From: Gemmatimonadota bacterium
Lineage (GTDB): Bacteria; Latescibacterota; UBA2968; UBA8231
Reading direction: 5' to 3'
DNA: 64,000 nucleotides
Assembly (NCBI GenBank): GCA_038128265.1
Contig: JAYPJE010000019.1
Coordinates: 1 to 64,000 of the forward strand
Part shown: piece after piece, positions 39,620 through 49,238 of the stretch
Layout: every line of letters begins with the position of its first letter
Position numbering within the stretch: the first letter of the stretch is position 1
Program-made: the position numbers and the translations under genes
The notes under the pieces: generated by a model
The model's input: the letters and a program-made list of their open reading frames with translations, nothing else
Told to the model about the DNA's origin: nothing
Database searches by the model: none

Positions 39620-40609
39620 GTGCAGCCGAATAAGCTAGAAGTCATCGCCGATATGGAGGATTTTGTCGAGGGTCAGCTCCCCATGCTCAAATCCGTCGAG
39701 GAGAGCTGGCAACCCAACGATTTTCTCCCCGATATGACCAGCGAAGGCTGGCGGGAATCCCTGGAGGCGTTTCGCGCTGCCTCCGCCGCCGTGCCCGACG
39801 ACGTGCTCGTCGTGCTGGTCGGCGATATGGTCACGGAAGAAGCGCTGCCCACCTACCAAACGCTGCTCAATAGTTTCGAAGGCGTTTCCGATCCCACGGG
39901 CGCAAGCGACAGCCCTTGGTCGCGCTGGTCGCGCGGTTGGACGGCCGAGGAAAACCGCCACGGCGACCTGCTCAACCGATATCTCTACCTGACCGGACGC
40001 GTGGACATGCGCGCGGTAGAAGTCACCATCCAACACCTAATCCGCAATGGATTTGACCCCGGCGCGCATCAGGATCCCTACAAGGGCTTTGTCTACACTT
40101 CGTTCCAAGAGCGCGCTACGCGCATATCGCATCGCAACGTCGCGCGACTGGCCCAGCGCGCTGGCGACGATCATCTGAAGACAATCTGCGGCATTGTGGC
40201 CGGCGACGAAGCCCGCCACGAAAAAGCTTACACCGCCTTTATTTCACACATCTTCGACGTCGATCCCAGCGGTGCCATTCTCGCCTTCCGCGACCTGATG
40301 AAAAACCAAATCGTCATGCCCGCTCACCTGATGTACGACGGCAAAGATCCCGACCTATTCGATCACTTCTCCATCGTCGCGCAGCGCATCGGCGTGTATA
40401 CCGCTCAGCACTACGCCGAGATAATTGACCACCTAGTTAGCACCTGGTCGGTTGAAACCCGCACGGGCCTATCCGCTGAAGCAGCCGAAGCCCAGGAATT
40501 TCTATGCAACCTGGGCCCGCGCTATGCACGTCTGGCCGAGCGCTCACAGCGCAAATTGGACCAGAATGCATCCCTGAGCTTCAGCTGGATATACGATCGC
40601 GCCGTATAG
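39620..40609 (+). CDS. soluble di-iron acyl-ACP desaturase (plant SAD/mycobacterial DesA type)
   Basis: WQPNDFLP, TEEALPTY, WTAEENRHG, SFQERAT, DEARHE; GTG start after GGGAG. Confidence 0.92.
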   Translation: MQPNKLEVIADMEDFVEGQLPMLKSVEESWQPNDFLPDMTSEGWRESLEAFRAASAAVPDDVLVVLVGDMVTEEALPTYQTLLNSFEGVSDPTGASDSPWSRWSRGWTAEENRHGDLLNRYLYLTGRVDMRAVEVTIQHLIRNGFDPGAHQDPYKGFVYTSFQERATRISHRNVARLAQRAGDDHLKTICGIVAGDEARHEKAYTAFISHIFDVDPSGAILAFRDLMKNQIVMPAHLMYDGKDPDLFDHFSIVAQRIGVYTAQHYAEIIDHLVSTWSVETRTGLSAEAAEAQEFLCNLGPRYARLAERSQRKLDQNASLSFSWIYDRAV

Positions 40610-40663
40610 TGACCGCTCCCGGGCGGTCAGCGGCAACGCGTTGAGTCTGGGAAGCAACAGCTG

Positions 40664-41485
40664 ATGCCCCTACGAAGCCTGGACCCCTTTTTCTCTTTTG
40701 CCCAAGGTGATGTAGATCTAGCGCAGGGCGCACTCCTCATAGCACGAGAAGCGCGCCCCGACTTGGATGAATCTCACTATTTGCACATCTTGGACCAGTG
40801 GGCCGATGATTTTGCCGCGCGGACCATGGGCCGATCGGCCGCAGAGGCCATCGATCCGTTTAGCACATATGTGTTTGAGGAGCTGGGTTTTCGCGGCAAT
40901 CAGGAAGCCTACGACGATCCGCAGAACAGCTATATCGACGCCGTCATAGACCGACGCATCGGCATTCCCATCACGCTTTCGCTGGTCTATATCGAGATCG
41001 GTCGACGTCTCGGATTACCGCTTTCCGGAGTCAACTTTCCCTACCACTTTCTCGTCCGCTGCGACGCGCCGCCCGAACCGATCTTCATCGACCCCTTTGA
41101 CGGCGGTCGTCGCATTGCCCGCCAGCAGCTCGCCGAGCGCTTGCCCATAGTCGACGGCGCCCAGCTGCGCTTTTCCGAGCAATATGTAGAGCCTGCATCG
41201 CCGCGCGATATCCTCGCGCGCATGCTGCGCAACCTCAAGCGCATCCACGTGACCGAGCGCCGCCTGCGCGACGCGGTTCGCTGCGGCGAGCGCATTTCCT
41301 GGCTGCTGCCAAACGAAGCGGAAAACTATCGCGACTTGGGCTTCCTATACTACCGCGCACACGAGTATGGAAAGTCAATCGCCGCATTTGAGGAGTATCT
41401 GCGCTGGGCAGACGAGCCGCGCGACGAGGAAGAAATACGGCAGAATATACGCGTTATTTCGGGGCGCTTGGGCTTGTTGAACTAG
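40664..41485 (+). CDS. SirB1/transglutaminase-like protein with TPR
   Basis: LGFRGN..YDDPQNS, RIGIPITLS, FPYHFL, IDPF, ILARMLRNLK. Confidence 0.85.
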   Translation: MPLRSLDPFFSFAQGDVDLAQGALLIAREARPDLDESHYLHILDQWADDFAARTMGRSAAEAIDPFSTYVFEELGFRGNQEAYDDPQNSYIDAVIDRRIGIPITLSLVYIEIGRRLGLPLSGVNFPYHFLVRCDAPPEPIFIDPFDGGRRIARQQLAERLPIVDGAQLRFSEQYVEPASPRDILARMLRNLKRIHVTERRLRDAVRCGERISWLLPNEAENYRDLGFLYYRAHEYGKSIAAFEEYLRWADEPRDEEEIRQNIRVISGRLGLLN

Positions 41486-41499
41486 GCGAAATGCCCACT

Positions 41500-43059
41500 C
41501 TATGCCATGCGCGGAAGCAGGCTGCCCCACGCATCAAACTCACCGCTCAAGCGCTGCTTTTTCTCGGCAACCATCTCGCATAGCGCATCGATTTCTCCCT
41601 GCAAGCGCCGCAGCGCCTCGGCCCCGGCGCGCTCCATTTCGACGGGGGCAACATCCCCCTGCAGATGCTGCAGTATGGCGGCCAGCTGCTCGCGTAGCAC
41701 TTCCGCTTCTCCAGCCAAGCGCTGGGCGACGTCGCCCAGCGACCCCCGCAGGGCCTCGACTTCTCGGTGCAGCTGACGACCGCGCTCGCTGACGTTAGCT
41801 CCCAACACCTCTACGTCACCGCGCAATTCCGCTCCGCGCGCAGCGATCAATTCGCTCACTTCGCGCCAGTCGCTGCGCAGCTGAGCACCGCGCTCACCGA
41901 TGTGCTGCAGCGCACCTTGCCAGTCGGCATCCGCATTTTTTACTACGTTTCGACCCGCATCCCCTTCCCCAATGAGCGCTGCACTGCAGGCGCCAATCTG
42001 TCTGCGCAAATCGACTAAATCACCGCGCCAGTCTGCTCCGCGCTTGCCAATTTCAGCGCGCAGGGCCTGCATATCGCTACGCACCCGCTGCAGCGTTTCG
42101 GCTACCAGCCCGCCGGATGCAGCCGGCATTTCTGCCATCAGCTCACTCATCTGCACGCGCTGCGGAGCAAAAGAAGACCCCACCGCTTTTGCCCTGCTGC
42201 GGCGATGGCGGTTGAGGCGCCCTTCCTCGAGGATCTTATCCGGCACCGGCGTTAGGTCTCCGACTAGGCCGAGGTATGCGAAGCCTTTTAGCACTGCATA
42301 GGTGATATCAAACTCGTTGCTAAAAAACCCATTGCGCGTCGATGCCTGATAGCGGTGGTGGTTGTTGTGCCAACCTTCGCCGAGCGTAATGAGAGCCAGC
42401 AGCCAGTGGTTGCGACTCTCATCGCCCGTGTAGTACTGCTGTTTTCCCCAGTAGTGCATCAGCGAATTGATCGTATAAGTCGCGTTGCTCAGCAGAAACG
42501 TCGACACAAAGTAGCCCCACACGACCCAGTGCCATCCACCCAGGGCAAAGAGGGCTGCGCCAAGGGCAATGGGCGGAACAAACCAAAGACGTTCGACGAG
42601 GCGGAGTTCGGGGAAGCGTGCCAACTCGGGCACCATCTCCAGATCGGTATCGGCGCTTTCCTCGTAGAGAAACCACAGCCAATGGGCGTGCCAAAACCCC
42701 TCGCGCGAATTGTGCGGATCTTCCTGGCCATCGCTTTCCCGATGATGCACGCGATGATGAGCGGCCCACCACAGGGCGCCCTTCTGCGTTGCCGTAGCAC
42801 CCCAAACGGCGGCAACAAACTGCATTACGCGCCCCATTCGGTAGGTTCGATGAGAGAAGTAGCGGTGGTAAAATCCCGTTATGGCAAACATCCGCACGAC
42901 GTACGTTAGCATGCAGAGCGCAACACCCGTCCAAGAAAAGTGGGTGGTAAATACGAGTAGAACCGAAAGCTGTAGGAGTATAAAAGGGAGGATGGATACC
43001 GTTAGCGTACCGCGACGAGTGCGCCATAAAACCAACGAATGGGTCGAGCCTTTGTTCAT
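41500..43059 (-). CDS. delta-9-type membrane fatty acid desaturase with C-terminal amphipathic repeat extension
   Basis: HRYFSH, HHRVHH and GEGWHNNHH in aa 1-280, followed by a ~200-aa helical repeat tail. Confidence 0.88.
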   Translation of the reverse strand: MNKGSTHSLVLWRTRRGTLTVSILPFILLQLSVLLVFTTHFSWTGVALCMLTYVVRMFAITGFYHRYFSHRTYRMGRVMQFVAAVWGATATQKGALWWAAHHRVHHRESDGQEDPHNSREGFWHAHWLWFLYEESADTDLEMVPELARFPELRLVERLWFVPPIALGAALFALGGWHWVVWGYFVSTFLLSNATYTINSLMHYWGKQQYYTGDESRNHWLLALITLGEGWHNNHHRYQASTRNGFFSNEFDITYAVLKGFAYLGLVGDLTPVPDKILEEGRLNRHRRSRAKAVGSSFAPQRVQMSELMAEMPAASGGLVAETLQRVRSDMQALRAEIGKRGADWRGDLVDLRRQIGACSAALIGEGDAGRNVVKNADADWQGALQHIGERGAQLRSDWREVSELIAARGAELRGDVEVLGANVSERGRQLHREVEALRGSLGDVAQRLAGEAEVLREQLAAILQHLQGDVAPVEMERAGAEALRRLQGEIDALCEMVAEKKQRLSGEFDAWGSLLPRMA

Positions 43060-43122
43060 CGTGTCTTTGCAATCTCCTTGGACGGTAAAAAGGGGCGGCG
43101 CAGCACGGCCACGTCGTCCATT

Positions 43123-43150
43123 AAGATACGACGACGAACAATGTGTGCAA
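43123..43150 (-). promoter_or_regulatory. putative promoter TTGCAC-N16-TATCTT of the fused desaturase
   Basis: Minus-strand boxes at 43150-43145 and 43128-43123. Confidence 0.45.
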
Positions 43151-43242
43151 CTGCGCCTACACGCACCATTTGAGCCCTGCGCACCCTCTGTCTATACTTT
43201 GCTCGACAAGCGCATAACCACTCAACAAAACAGGATCATCTC

Positions 43243-45201
43243 ATGGCGCGCACCGGCTATCAACACATCGTCCACGACTACTACATCGAGCGACTGCGAG
43301 CCGTGGCCGCAAAACGTCAGCACGCCCTGCGCTCTCTGCGCACGCGCACCCAAGCACTGCGCTACCGCGACGACGCGCGACGCGCCATCGCCCGCGCCTT
43401 TGCTCCGCGCCCGCGCAAGACGCCGCTCAACGCGCGCATCACCGGCTGCGTAGAGCAGCGCCACTATCGGATAGAGAAAGTGCTCTTTGAAAGCAGACCG
43501 GGCAGCGTGGTCAGCGCCCACCTGTACCTGCCCAAGAGAGAGGGCCCCGTTCCGGCCGTGCTGGGCACTTGCGGACACGACGCGGCTGGCATTCAGGCCG
43601 AACTATACCAAGCATTCTGCCAGCGCTTGGTTCGCGCCGGCTTTGCCGTGCTGATCTACGATCCCGTAAACCAGGGCGAACGCGACCAGTACTGGCACCT
43701 GCCCGACCGCAGCGCGGTTGCCTCCTGCACGCACGCGCACAATATGATGGGCAAGCAGCTGGAACTAGTCGGCGAGTTTTTTGGCGCCTGGCGCGTTTGG
43801 GATGGCGTGCGTGCCCTCGACTACCTTCTCACGCGCCCCGAGGTCGATCCAACCCGCGTCGGACTGACCGGCAACTCCGGCGGCGGCACCGTCTCCACAT
43901 GGCTGTGGGCACTCGACGAACGCATCACCATGGTAGCACCCAGCTGCTTTGTCACGACGTTTCTCCACAACCTAGAAAACGAGCTGCCCGCCGATTCCGA
44001 GCAGTATCCGCCCGGCGTTATCGGCGCCGGCCTCGATCTGGCCGACTTTCTCATTGCCCGCGCTCCGGCCCCTGCCCTGCTCCTGGGACAGCACTACGAT
44101 TTCTTTGATCGCCGCGGACTGGACCAGGCCTTTGCCGACGTTGCCCGCTTTTACGACCTGCTGGGGGCGCCGCGCGCGCACCGCGACCTGTTTATCGGCC
44201 CCCAAGGGCACGGTTTTTCGCACCACAACCAGGAGGCGATGGTCGCGTTCTTTGCCCAGCATGCCCAGCTCGATCAACCGCCGCGCGTCAGCAAGACAGT
44301 GGCCTTGGACGCAACCGCGCTGAACACCACGCCTAGCGGCAACACCGTGGCCGCCGGCGCAGAGCCCATCTATGACTGGATCAGGCGGCGCGCCGACCAG
44401 CTGGCCCAGAGGCGCTCGACGCCGGGCAAAGAGCCGCTGAAAAAGCGCCTGCGCTCTCTGCTACACCTGCCGCGACGCGGCGCCGCACCGCACTATCGCG
44501 TGCTGCGACCCCAGCGCGTGGAAGGAGCAATGTGCGCGCGCTACGCAGTGGAAAGCGAAGCGAATGTGCGCGCCATTCTCCACAAGCGCCTAGCCGACGC
44601 AGCGCGTGGTCACACCCTCGATGTAGAGCGGCAGGTCCAACTCTACCTGCCGCACCTACGCGCTGCAACCGAGCTGCCCGGCCTCCTACCAGAAACAGCA
44701 CCCGTGTACGGATTGGATCCGCGCGGCCTAGGCGAGTCGCAGCCCGAGGACAACGACTTCTTTCATCCTTATGGCATGGACTATATGTTCCACGGACATG
44801 CCCTGCTGCTCGGAGAAAGCTATTTGGGCCGGCGCGTGCACGACGCGCTTTCGACGCTCGACCTGCTGGCGGCCGAAGGCGCGCGCACAATTCACCTGCA
44901 CGGACGCGGACAGGGAGCGCTGATCGCCCTATGTGCCGGCCTGCTGCACGAGCGCAGCGGCACGGTCACGCTTTACAACGCGCCGCTGTCCTATGCCGCG
45001 TGGTGCAGCGCTCCGCTCGTATCGTGGCCAGCCGCTAACTTTCTACGCGGCGCGCTGCGCTACTTCGATCTGCCCGATCTCTATCGCGCCCTGGGCAAGC
45101 GACTGCAGCTGATCGAACCATGGGGACCGGACATGCAGCCGCTGCGCGGCAAGGCGCTGCGCAACGCGCTGAACGCAGCGGGACTCGTGCTGCGAGCTTA
45201 G
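43243..45201 (+). CDS. alpha/beta hydrolase (acetylxylan esterase-like, two-domain)
   Basis: EKVLFESRPG, DPVNQGER, RALDYLLTRPEVD, GNSGGG nucleophile elbow. Confidence 0.8.
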   Translation: MARTGYQHIVHDYYIERLRAVAAKRQHALRSLRTRTQALRYRDDARRAIARAFAPRPRKTPLNARITGCVEQRHYRIEKVLFESRPGSVVSAHLYLPKREGPVPAVLGTCGHDAAGIQAELYQAFCQRLVRAGFAVLIYDPVNQGERDQYWHLPDRSAVASCTHAHNMMGKQLELVGEFFGAWRVWDGVRALDYLLTRPEVDPTRVGLTGNSGGGTVSTWLWALDERITMVAPSCFVTTFLHNLENELPADSEQYPPGVIGAGLDLADFLIARAPAPALLLGQHYDFFDRRGLDQAFADVARFYDLLGAPRAHRDLFIGPQGHGFSHHNQEAMVAFFAQHAQLDQPPRVSKTVALDATALNTTPSGNTVAAGAEPIYDWIRRRADQLAQRRSTPGKEPLKKRLRSLLHLPRRGAAPHYRVLRPQRVEGAMCARYAVESEANVRAILHKRLADAARGHTLDVERQVQLYLPHLRAATELPGLLPETAPVYGLDPRGLGESQPEDNDFFHPYGMDYMFHGHALLLGESYLGRRVHDALSTLDLLAAEGARTIHLHGRGQGALIALCAGLLHERSGTVTLYNAPLSYAAWCSAPLVSWPAANFLRGALRYFDLPDLYRALGKRLQLIEPWGPDMQPLRGKALRNALNAAGLVLRA

Positions 45202-46019
45202 TCTTCCCAGCGAAACTGCGGACGCCAGCCCAAGACGCGCTGAGCGCGCCGACCGTCGACCAACGCACAGTAGGGATCGCGTTCAAACGACTCATCGCCG
45301 CGCCACTCGATATGGGGCAGCAGCTTTTCCACCCACGCTCTGCTGGTCAGGACGCGCGATGAAATATCTTCGGCTACGACCAGCAGCGCCTCGTGGCCGG
45401 GGTCTGGACAGGTCAGCGCACAGACGGTGGCACGCGCCAAATCTTCTACGTGTATGTAGCAGCCGTACTCCCAATAGGGCATCCACTCCGACTCGGGCTT
45501 TTCGGCGCGCGCCTGTCGCGTAGCCGCTATGCGCTCGTCGGAGAGCACGGCGGGGGGGCGAATGCAGACCGTCGCAATACCCGTGCGCTCGGTAAAGAGT
45601 CGGCAGATCTGCTCGCCCAGGTATTTAGACATGCCGTAGGGCCGGCCCGGCCGACAGGCGTGCTCTTCGGCAAAGGGCAAATAGTCCGGCACAGACTCGC
45701 CCATGAAGATTCCCATCGCATTGACGCTGCTGTAGTGGACAACGCGCTGAATGCCGTGCCGTTCGGCCGCATCCAGCACATTCCAGGTTCCGACGCTGCC
45801 GCTGGCAAAGACCTGATCGCGCGGATTGTCGCGTCCCATCAGCATGGCCAAATGCGCCACGGCATCGCAGCCTTCCATCGCCCGCACAACGGCTTCTGGA
45901 TCGAGTATATCGCCACCCGCCGCGATATCAAAGCCGACGACTTCGTGTCCCCCTTCGCCGAGTTGGCGCTCGACCACCGAACCAATCCCCCCCCTGTTGC
46001 CCGTTAGAAAAACCTTCAT
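45198..46019 (-). CDS. NAD-dependent epimerase/dehydratase
   Basis: TGNRGGIG, YSS, YGMSK. Confidence 0.82.
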   Translation of the reverse strand: MKVFLTGNRGGIGSVVERQLGEGGHEVVGFDIAAGGDILDPEAVVRAMEGCDAVAHLAMLMGRDNPRDQVFASGSVGTWNVLDAAERHGIQRVVHYSSVNAMGIFMGESVPDYLPFAEEHACRPGRPYGMSKYLGEQICRLFTERTGIATVCIRPPAVLSDERIAATRQARAEKPESEWMPYWEYGCYIHVEDLARATVCALTCPDPGHEALLVVAEDISSRVLTSRAWVEKLLPHIEWRGDESFERDPYCALVDGRRAQRVLGWRPQFRWED

Positions 46020-46044
46020 TGCACCTTCTCCATGTTAATGTATC

Positions 46045-46073
46045 TTGACGCCCCTCGCGCCGATTCCTACTCT
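46045..46073 (+). promoter_or_regulatory. sigma-70-like promoter TTGACG-N17-TACTCT
   Basis: Upstream of AGGAGG RBS and ATG 46100. Confidence 0.5.
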
Positions 46074-46099
46074 AACGCGCACAAGCCAGGAGGAATAAT

Positions 46100-47215
46100 A
46101 TGCCCAAGCTCTTTGGACGCAACTACACCAAGCGTCAGCTGCTCGATCGCGTCGGCGACGTGAGTCAGCTGATCTACGCGCGCCGCGGTCGCACCGACGA
46201 AGGCTTTAGCCAAGGCGCCGACCTTATCGAAGTCGGCAATGCATCGGGACTCCACTTCAGCATCCTGCCCGGACGCGCCCTCGACATCGCCTCCGCTTCC
46301 TATAAGGGCCAGTCGCTGTGCTTTCGCTCCAGCCCGGGGGACGTCGGTCCCGCCTTTTACGACCCGCGCGGCTTTGCCTGGCTGCGCGGCTGGTTTGGCG
46401 GCTTGGTCACTTCGTGCGGAATGACGTTTACCGGCCATCCCGAGACCGACCCCGAATTAGAAAACGAAGAGATGCCGCTGCACGGACGCCTGTCCTATAT
46501 ACCCGCACGCGAGGTCTCGATTGGTGGCGACTGGAGCGGCGATGACTACAGCCTGCGCATCGGCGGCAAAATGCGCGAGGCCGTAGTCTTTGGCACCAAC
46601 TTAGAGCTCACGCGCGAAATATCGACGACGTTGGGCGAAAAATGCATCCGCATTCGCGACCGCATTGAAAACCTGAGCGTCGACCCTTCTCCGCTGATGT
46701 TTGTCTACCACTGCAACCCCGGCTTCCCGCTGCTCGACGCGGGCACACGCCTCGTGCTGCACAGCCGCCTGAGCACCGAGTGGCTCGAAGACCGCGCCGT
46801 GGGACCAGAAGAGTACGCCGTTGCCAAAGGGCCGCAGGCCAAGGAGCACGACAACGTATTCGTGCACCGACCGCTAGCAGACCGCAGCGGCACCGTGCAC
46901 GTCGCGCTGATCAACGACCGCATAGAACTGGGCCTCTACTGGAAATTCAAGCGCAGCGAAATACCGCTGGTCAACCAGTGGCAGCACTTTCACAGAGGCA
47001 CCTATGTAACGGGAATTGAACCGGGCAACGCATCCATGCTGGGACGCGCCTGGAACCGCAAACACGGCTACTTACAGCACATTCAAGCCGGCGAAGTCCG
47101 CGAGTTTAACATGGAAATCGGCGTACTCGACGGTGCGCGAGAAATCAGTCGCTTTGAGCGAGAAGTTGCCAATGGCTTAGCCACACATCGCAACCGCAAG
47201 GCCAAGCGCAGCTAG
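46100..47215 (+). CDS. aldose 1-epimerase family (DUF4432) protein
   Basis: PGRALDI, GGLVTSCG, LHGR, YHCNPGFP, GIEPGN. Confidence 0.82.
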   Translation: MPKLFGRNYTKRQLLDRVGDVSQLIYARRGRTDEGFSQGADLIEVGNASGLHFSILPGRALDIASASYKGQSLCFRSSPGDVGPAFYDPRGFAWLRGWFGGLVTSCGMTFTGHPETDPELENEEMPLHGRLSYIPAREVSIGGDWSGDDYSLRIGGKMREAVVFGTNLELTREISTTLGEKCIRIRDRIENLSVDPSPLMFVYHCNPGFPLLDAGTRLVLHSRLSTEWLEDRAVGPEEYAVAKGPQAKEHDNVFVHRPLADRSGTVHVALINDRIELGLYWKFKRSEIPLVNQWQHFHRGTYVTGIEPGNASMLGRAWNRKHGYLQHIQAGEVREFNMEIGVLDGAREISRFEREVANGLATHRNRKAKRS

Positions 47216-48378
47216 GCAGTCGACGGCGCGCTGTCGGCAGCAAAGCGTCGGTAGAGCGCGACGATGCGCGCCGTGACCTGCTCTTCCATATAGCGTTCTC
47301 GCACGCGCAACAGACCGGCCTGCGCCCACTCGGCGCGCCGGTCGCCATCGGCCAATAGTGCATTGACTACGGCGCTAAAGGCCTCTACGTCTCGCAGCGG
47401 AAAGAGCGCGCCCGTGCGGCCGTCGATAATAACTTCGCGACAGCCGCGAATATCGGTGGCGGCCACCGGCGTCCCCATGGCCGCCGCCTCGATAATGCAG
47501 CGCGGCAACCCTTCGCGATATGAGGGCAGCACGCACAGGTCCATGCTCATATAGAGTTCGGGCATGTCCTGGCGATCTTCGAGCAAAACGCAGCGATCCG
47601 CCACATCGTACTGGCGCGCCAAGGCCTGCGCATCAACGGCATCGGACTGATCGCGCCGCTCGGGAATGCCCACCAACAGAAAGCGCGCACGCCTGTTCTG
47701 GCGCGCCACGCGTGCAGCCATTTCAAAAAACTCTACGCAGCCTTTCTCGCGCACTAGCCTAGTGACCATACCCACGACTAGATCATCTTCAGCAAGGCCA
47801 AGCTCTCGGCGCTTTTCCGCGCGCGCATTCGGATAGCGCTGTCGGTCAAAGCGTCGCTCATCGACGCCGTTGCCGATCCAGTGCAGGCGACTCTTTTCTT
47901 TAAAGCGCGCCTCGACCGCATACGCGTAATCGGCTTCGCTCTGAAATAGCAGATGATCAGACCAGTGAGCGCACCAGCGCTCGGCAGCCACCGCAGCCGC
48001 CCGGTGCACGCCGCGGCTATTTTCGTTAAAGAGAAATCCGTGTACGGTATGCACGACCAGCGGCGTGCGCGCCCACTGCGCCGTCACTGGACCGAGCAAC
48101 GTGCCCTTTGGATTGTGTGAATGGGCAATATCGAAACGGCCTTCACGCAGCGCGCGGCGCAGCGCCAACACACAGCGCCCATCCGTCCACGGCGCCACTT
48201 CGCGCGCGAAGGGAATGGGGATTACTTCAAGTCCGCAGGCTCGCAGCGGCTCGACATAACCGCGATCGCCGCAGATAACCGCCACGTGAAACCCGTGCTC
48301 GCGCAGGCGCATCAGGCGCGCGCGCATCAGGTAAGCTACGCGGTCGGTGGGAAATACGTGGGCTACGCGCGCACTCAT
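47212..48378 (-). CDS. glycosyltransferase family 4
   Basis: HSHNPK, HTVHGF, RLVREKG, LPSYREGLP, DIRGCRE. Confidence 0.9.
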   Translation of the reverse strand: MSARVAHVFPTDRVAYLMRARLMRLREHGFHVAVICGDRGYVEPLRACGLEVIPIPFAREVAPWTDGRCVLALRRALREGRFDIAHSHNPKGTLLGPVTAQWARTPLVVHTVHGFLFNENSRGVHRAAAVAAERWCAHWSDHLLFQSEADYAYAVEARFKEKSRLHWIGNGVDERRFDRQRYPNARAEKRRELGLAEDDLVVGMVTRLVREKGCVEFFEMAARVARQNRRARFLLVGIPERRDQSDAVDAQALARQYDVADRCVLLEDRQDMPELYMSMDLCVLPSYREGLPRCIIEAAAMGTPVAATDIRGCREVIIDGRTGALFPLRDVEAFSAVVNALLADGDRRAEWAQAGLLRVRERYMEEQVTARIVALYRRFAADSAPSTA

Positions 48379-48385
48379 CGGCGCG

Positions 48386-49228
48386 CTATATCCCGGCCTG
48401 CACCCACACGTCGTTCAGAGCTAGGGCCGTAGCCGCCACCGCGTCTTCGCGGTCCATCTGGCGCACGCGCTCGCTGAACGGCTCGACCATCACCGGGCCC
48501 TCGTAGCCAATCTGCCGTATGGTCGAAAGAAACGCGACGATGTCGATGACGCCGGTCTCGCCCGGCAGCGTGCGTCGATTGTCCATCTGCTCGTCAACGG
48601 CCACCCCGGCCGGCGCATCGTTGACGTGGACATCTACGATCTGCTCGACCGACAGCGCGCGCAGATCGTCGGCGCTCTCCTCCGACGTATACCAGTGCCA
48701 GCTGTCTAGTAAAAAGCCGACGTTGCTACCCACGGCAGCGCAGAGCTCACCCATTTGCTGCATCGTATGGGCAAAGGGGTATTTCTTAGTCGACCAAGCC
48801 GTTTTCGGACCGACGTACTCCAGCCCCAGGCGAATGCCGTGTGCCGCAAGGACGGCCGCACACGGCTTTAGACGCGCCACGTGAAAGCGGAAATTTTCCT
48901 CATAGGTTAGCTCGTCGGAGGCTGGCGCAATCCAGGTAGCCGTGCGCAGAACGCCCAACTCGGCCGCAACCTCAGCCAGCGCCGGCAGGCGCGCTAGGTC
49001 GGCTTCGTACGTCGCTTCGTCCTGACGAAAGTTGGTCGGAAAGCCCCAGGCAGACAGGCGCACACCCGCCCGTTCGGCCAGGTCCGCCGTCTGTGCAACG
49101 CCGAGTTCGGCAGCCTCAGCAATGGAAAAGTGGTAGCCCTCAAAGCCGTGGCGCCGAGCCAAATCCAACCCATCGGCCAACCCATCTACCTGGGCGCCAA
49201 GCGCCCCGGGCGCGAGCGAGCGAAACAT
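48386..49228 (-). CDS. sugar phosphate isomerase/epimerase (TIM barrel)
   Basis: LEYVGP, LLDSWHW, VHVND, LPGETG, VEPFS; ATG 49228 after GGAG. Confidence 0.85.
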   Translation of the reverse strand: MFRSLAPGALGAQVDGLADGLDLARRHGFEGYHFSIAEAAELGVAQTADLAERAGVRLSAWGFPTNFRQDEATYEADLARLPALAEVAAELGVLRTATWIAPASDELTYEENFRFHVARLKPCAAVLAAHGIRLGLEYVGPKTAWSTKKYPFAHTMQQMGELCAAVGSNVGFLLDSWHWYTSEESADDLRALSVEQIVDVHVNDAPAGVAVDEQMDNRRTLPGETGVIDIVAFLSTIRQIGYEGPVMVEPFSERVRQMDREDAVAATALALNDVWVQAGI

Positions 49229-49238
49229 AGCATCTCTC

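Noticed and set aside
40610..40630. Hairpin TGACCGC-N6-GCGGTCA after the acyl-ACP desaturase
   Set aside because: It has no U-tract and occurs once; not supportable as a terminator or REP element.
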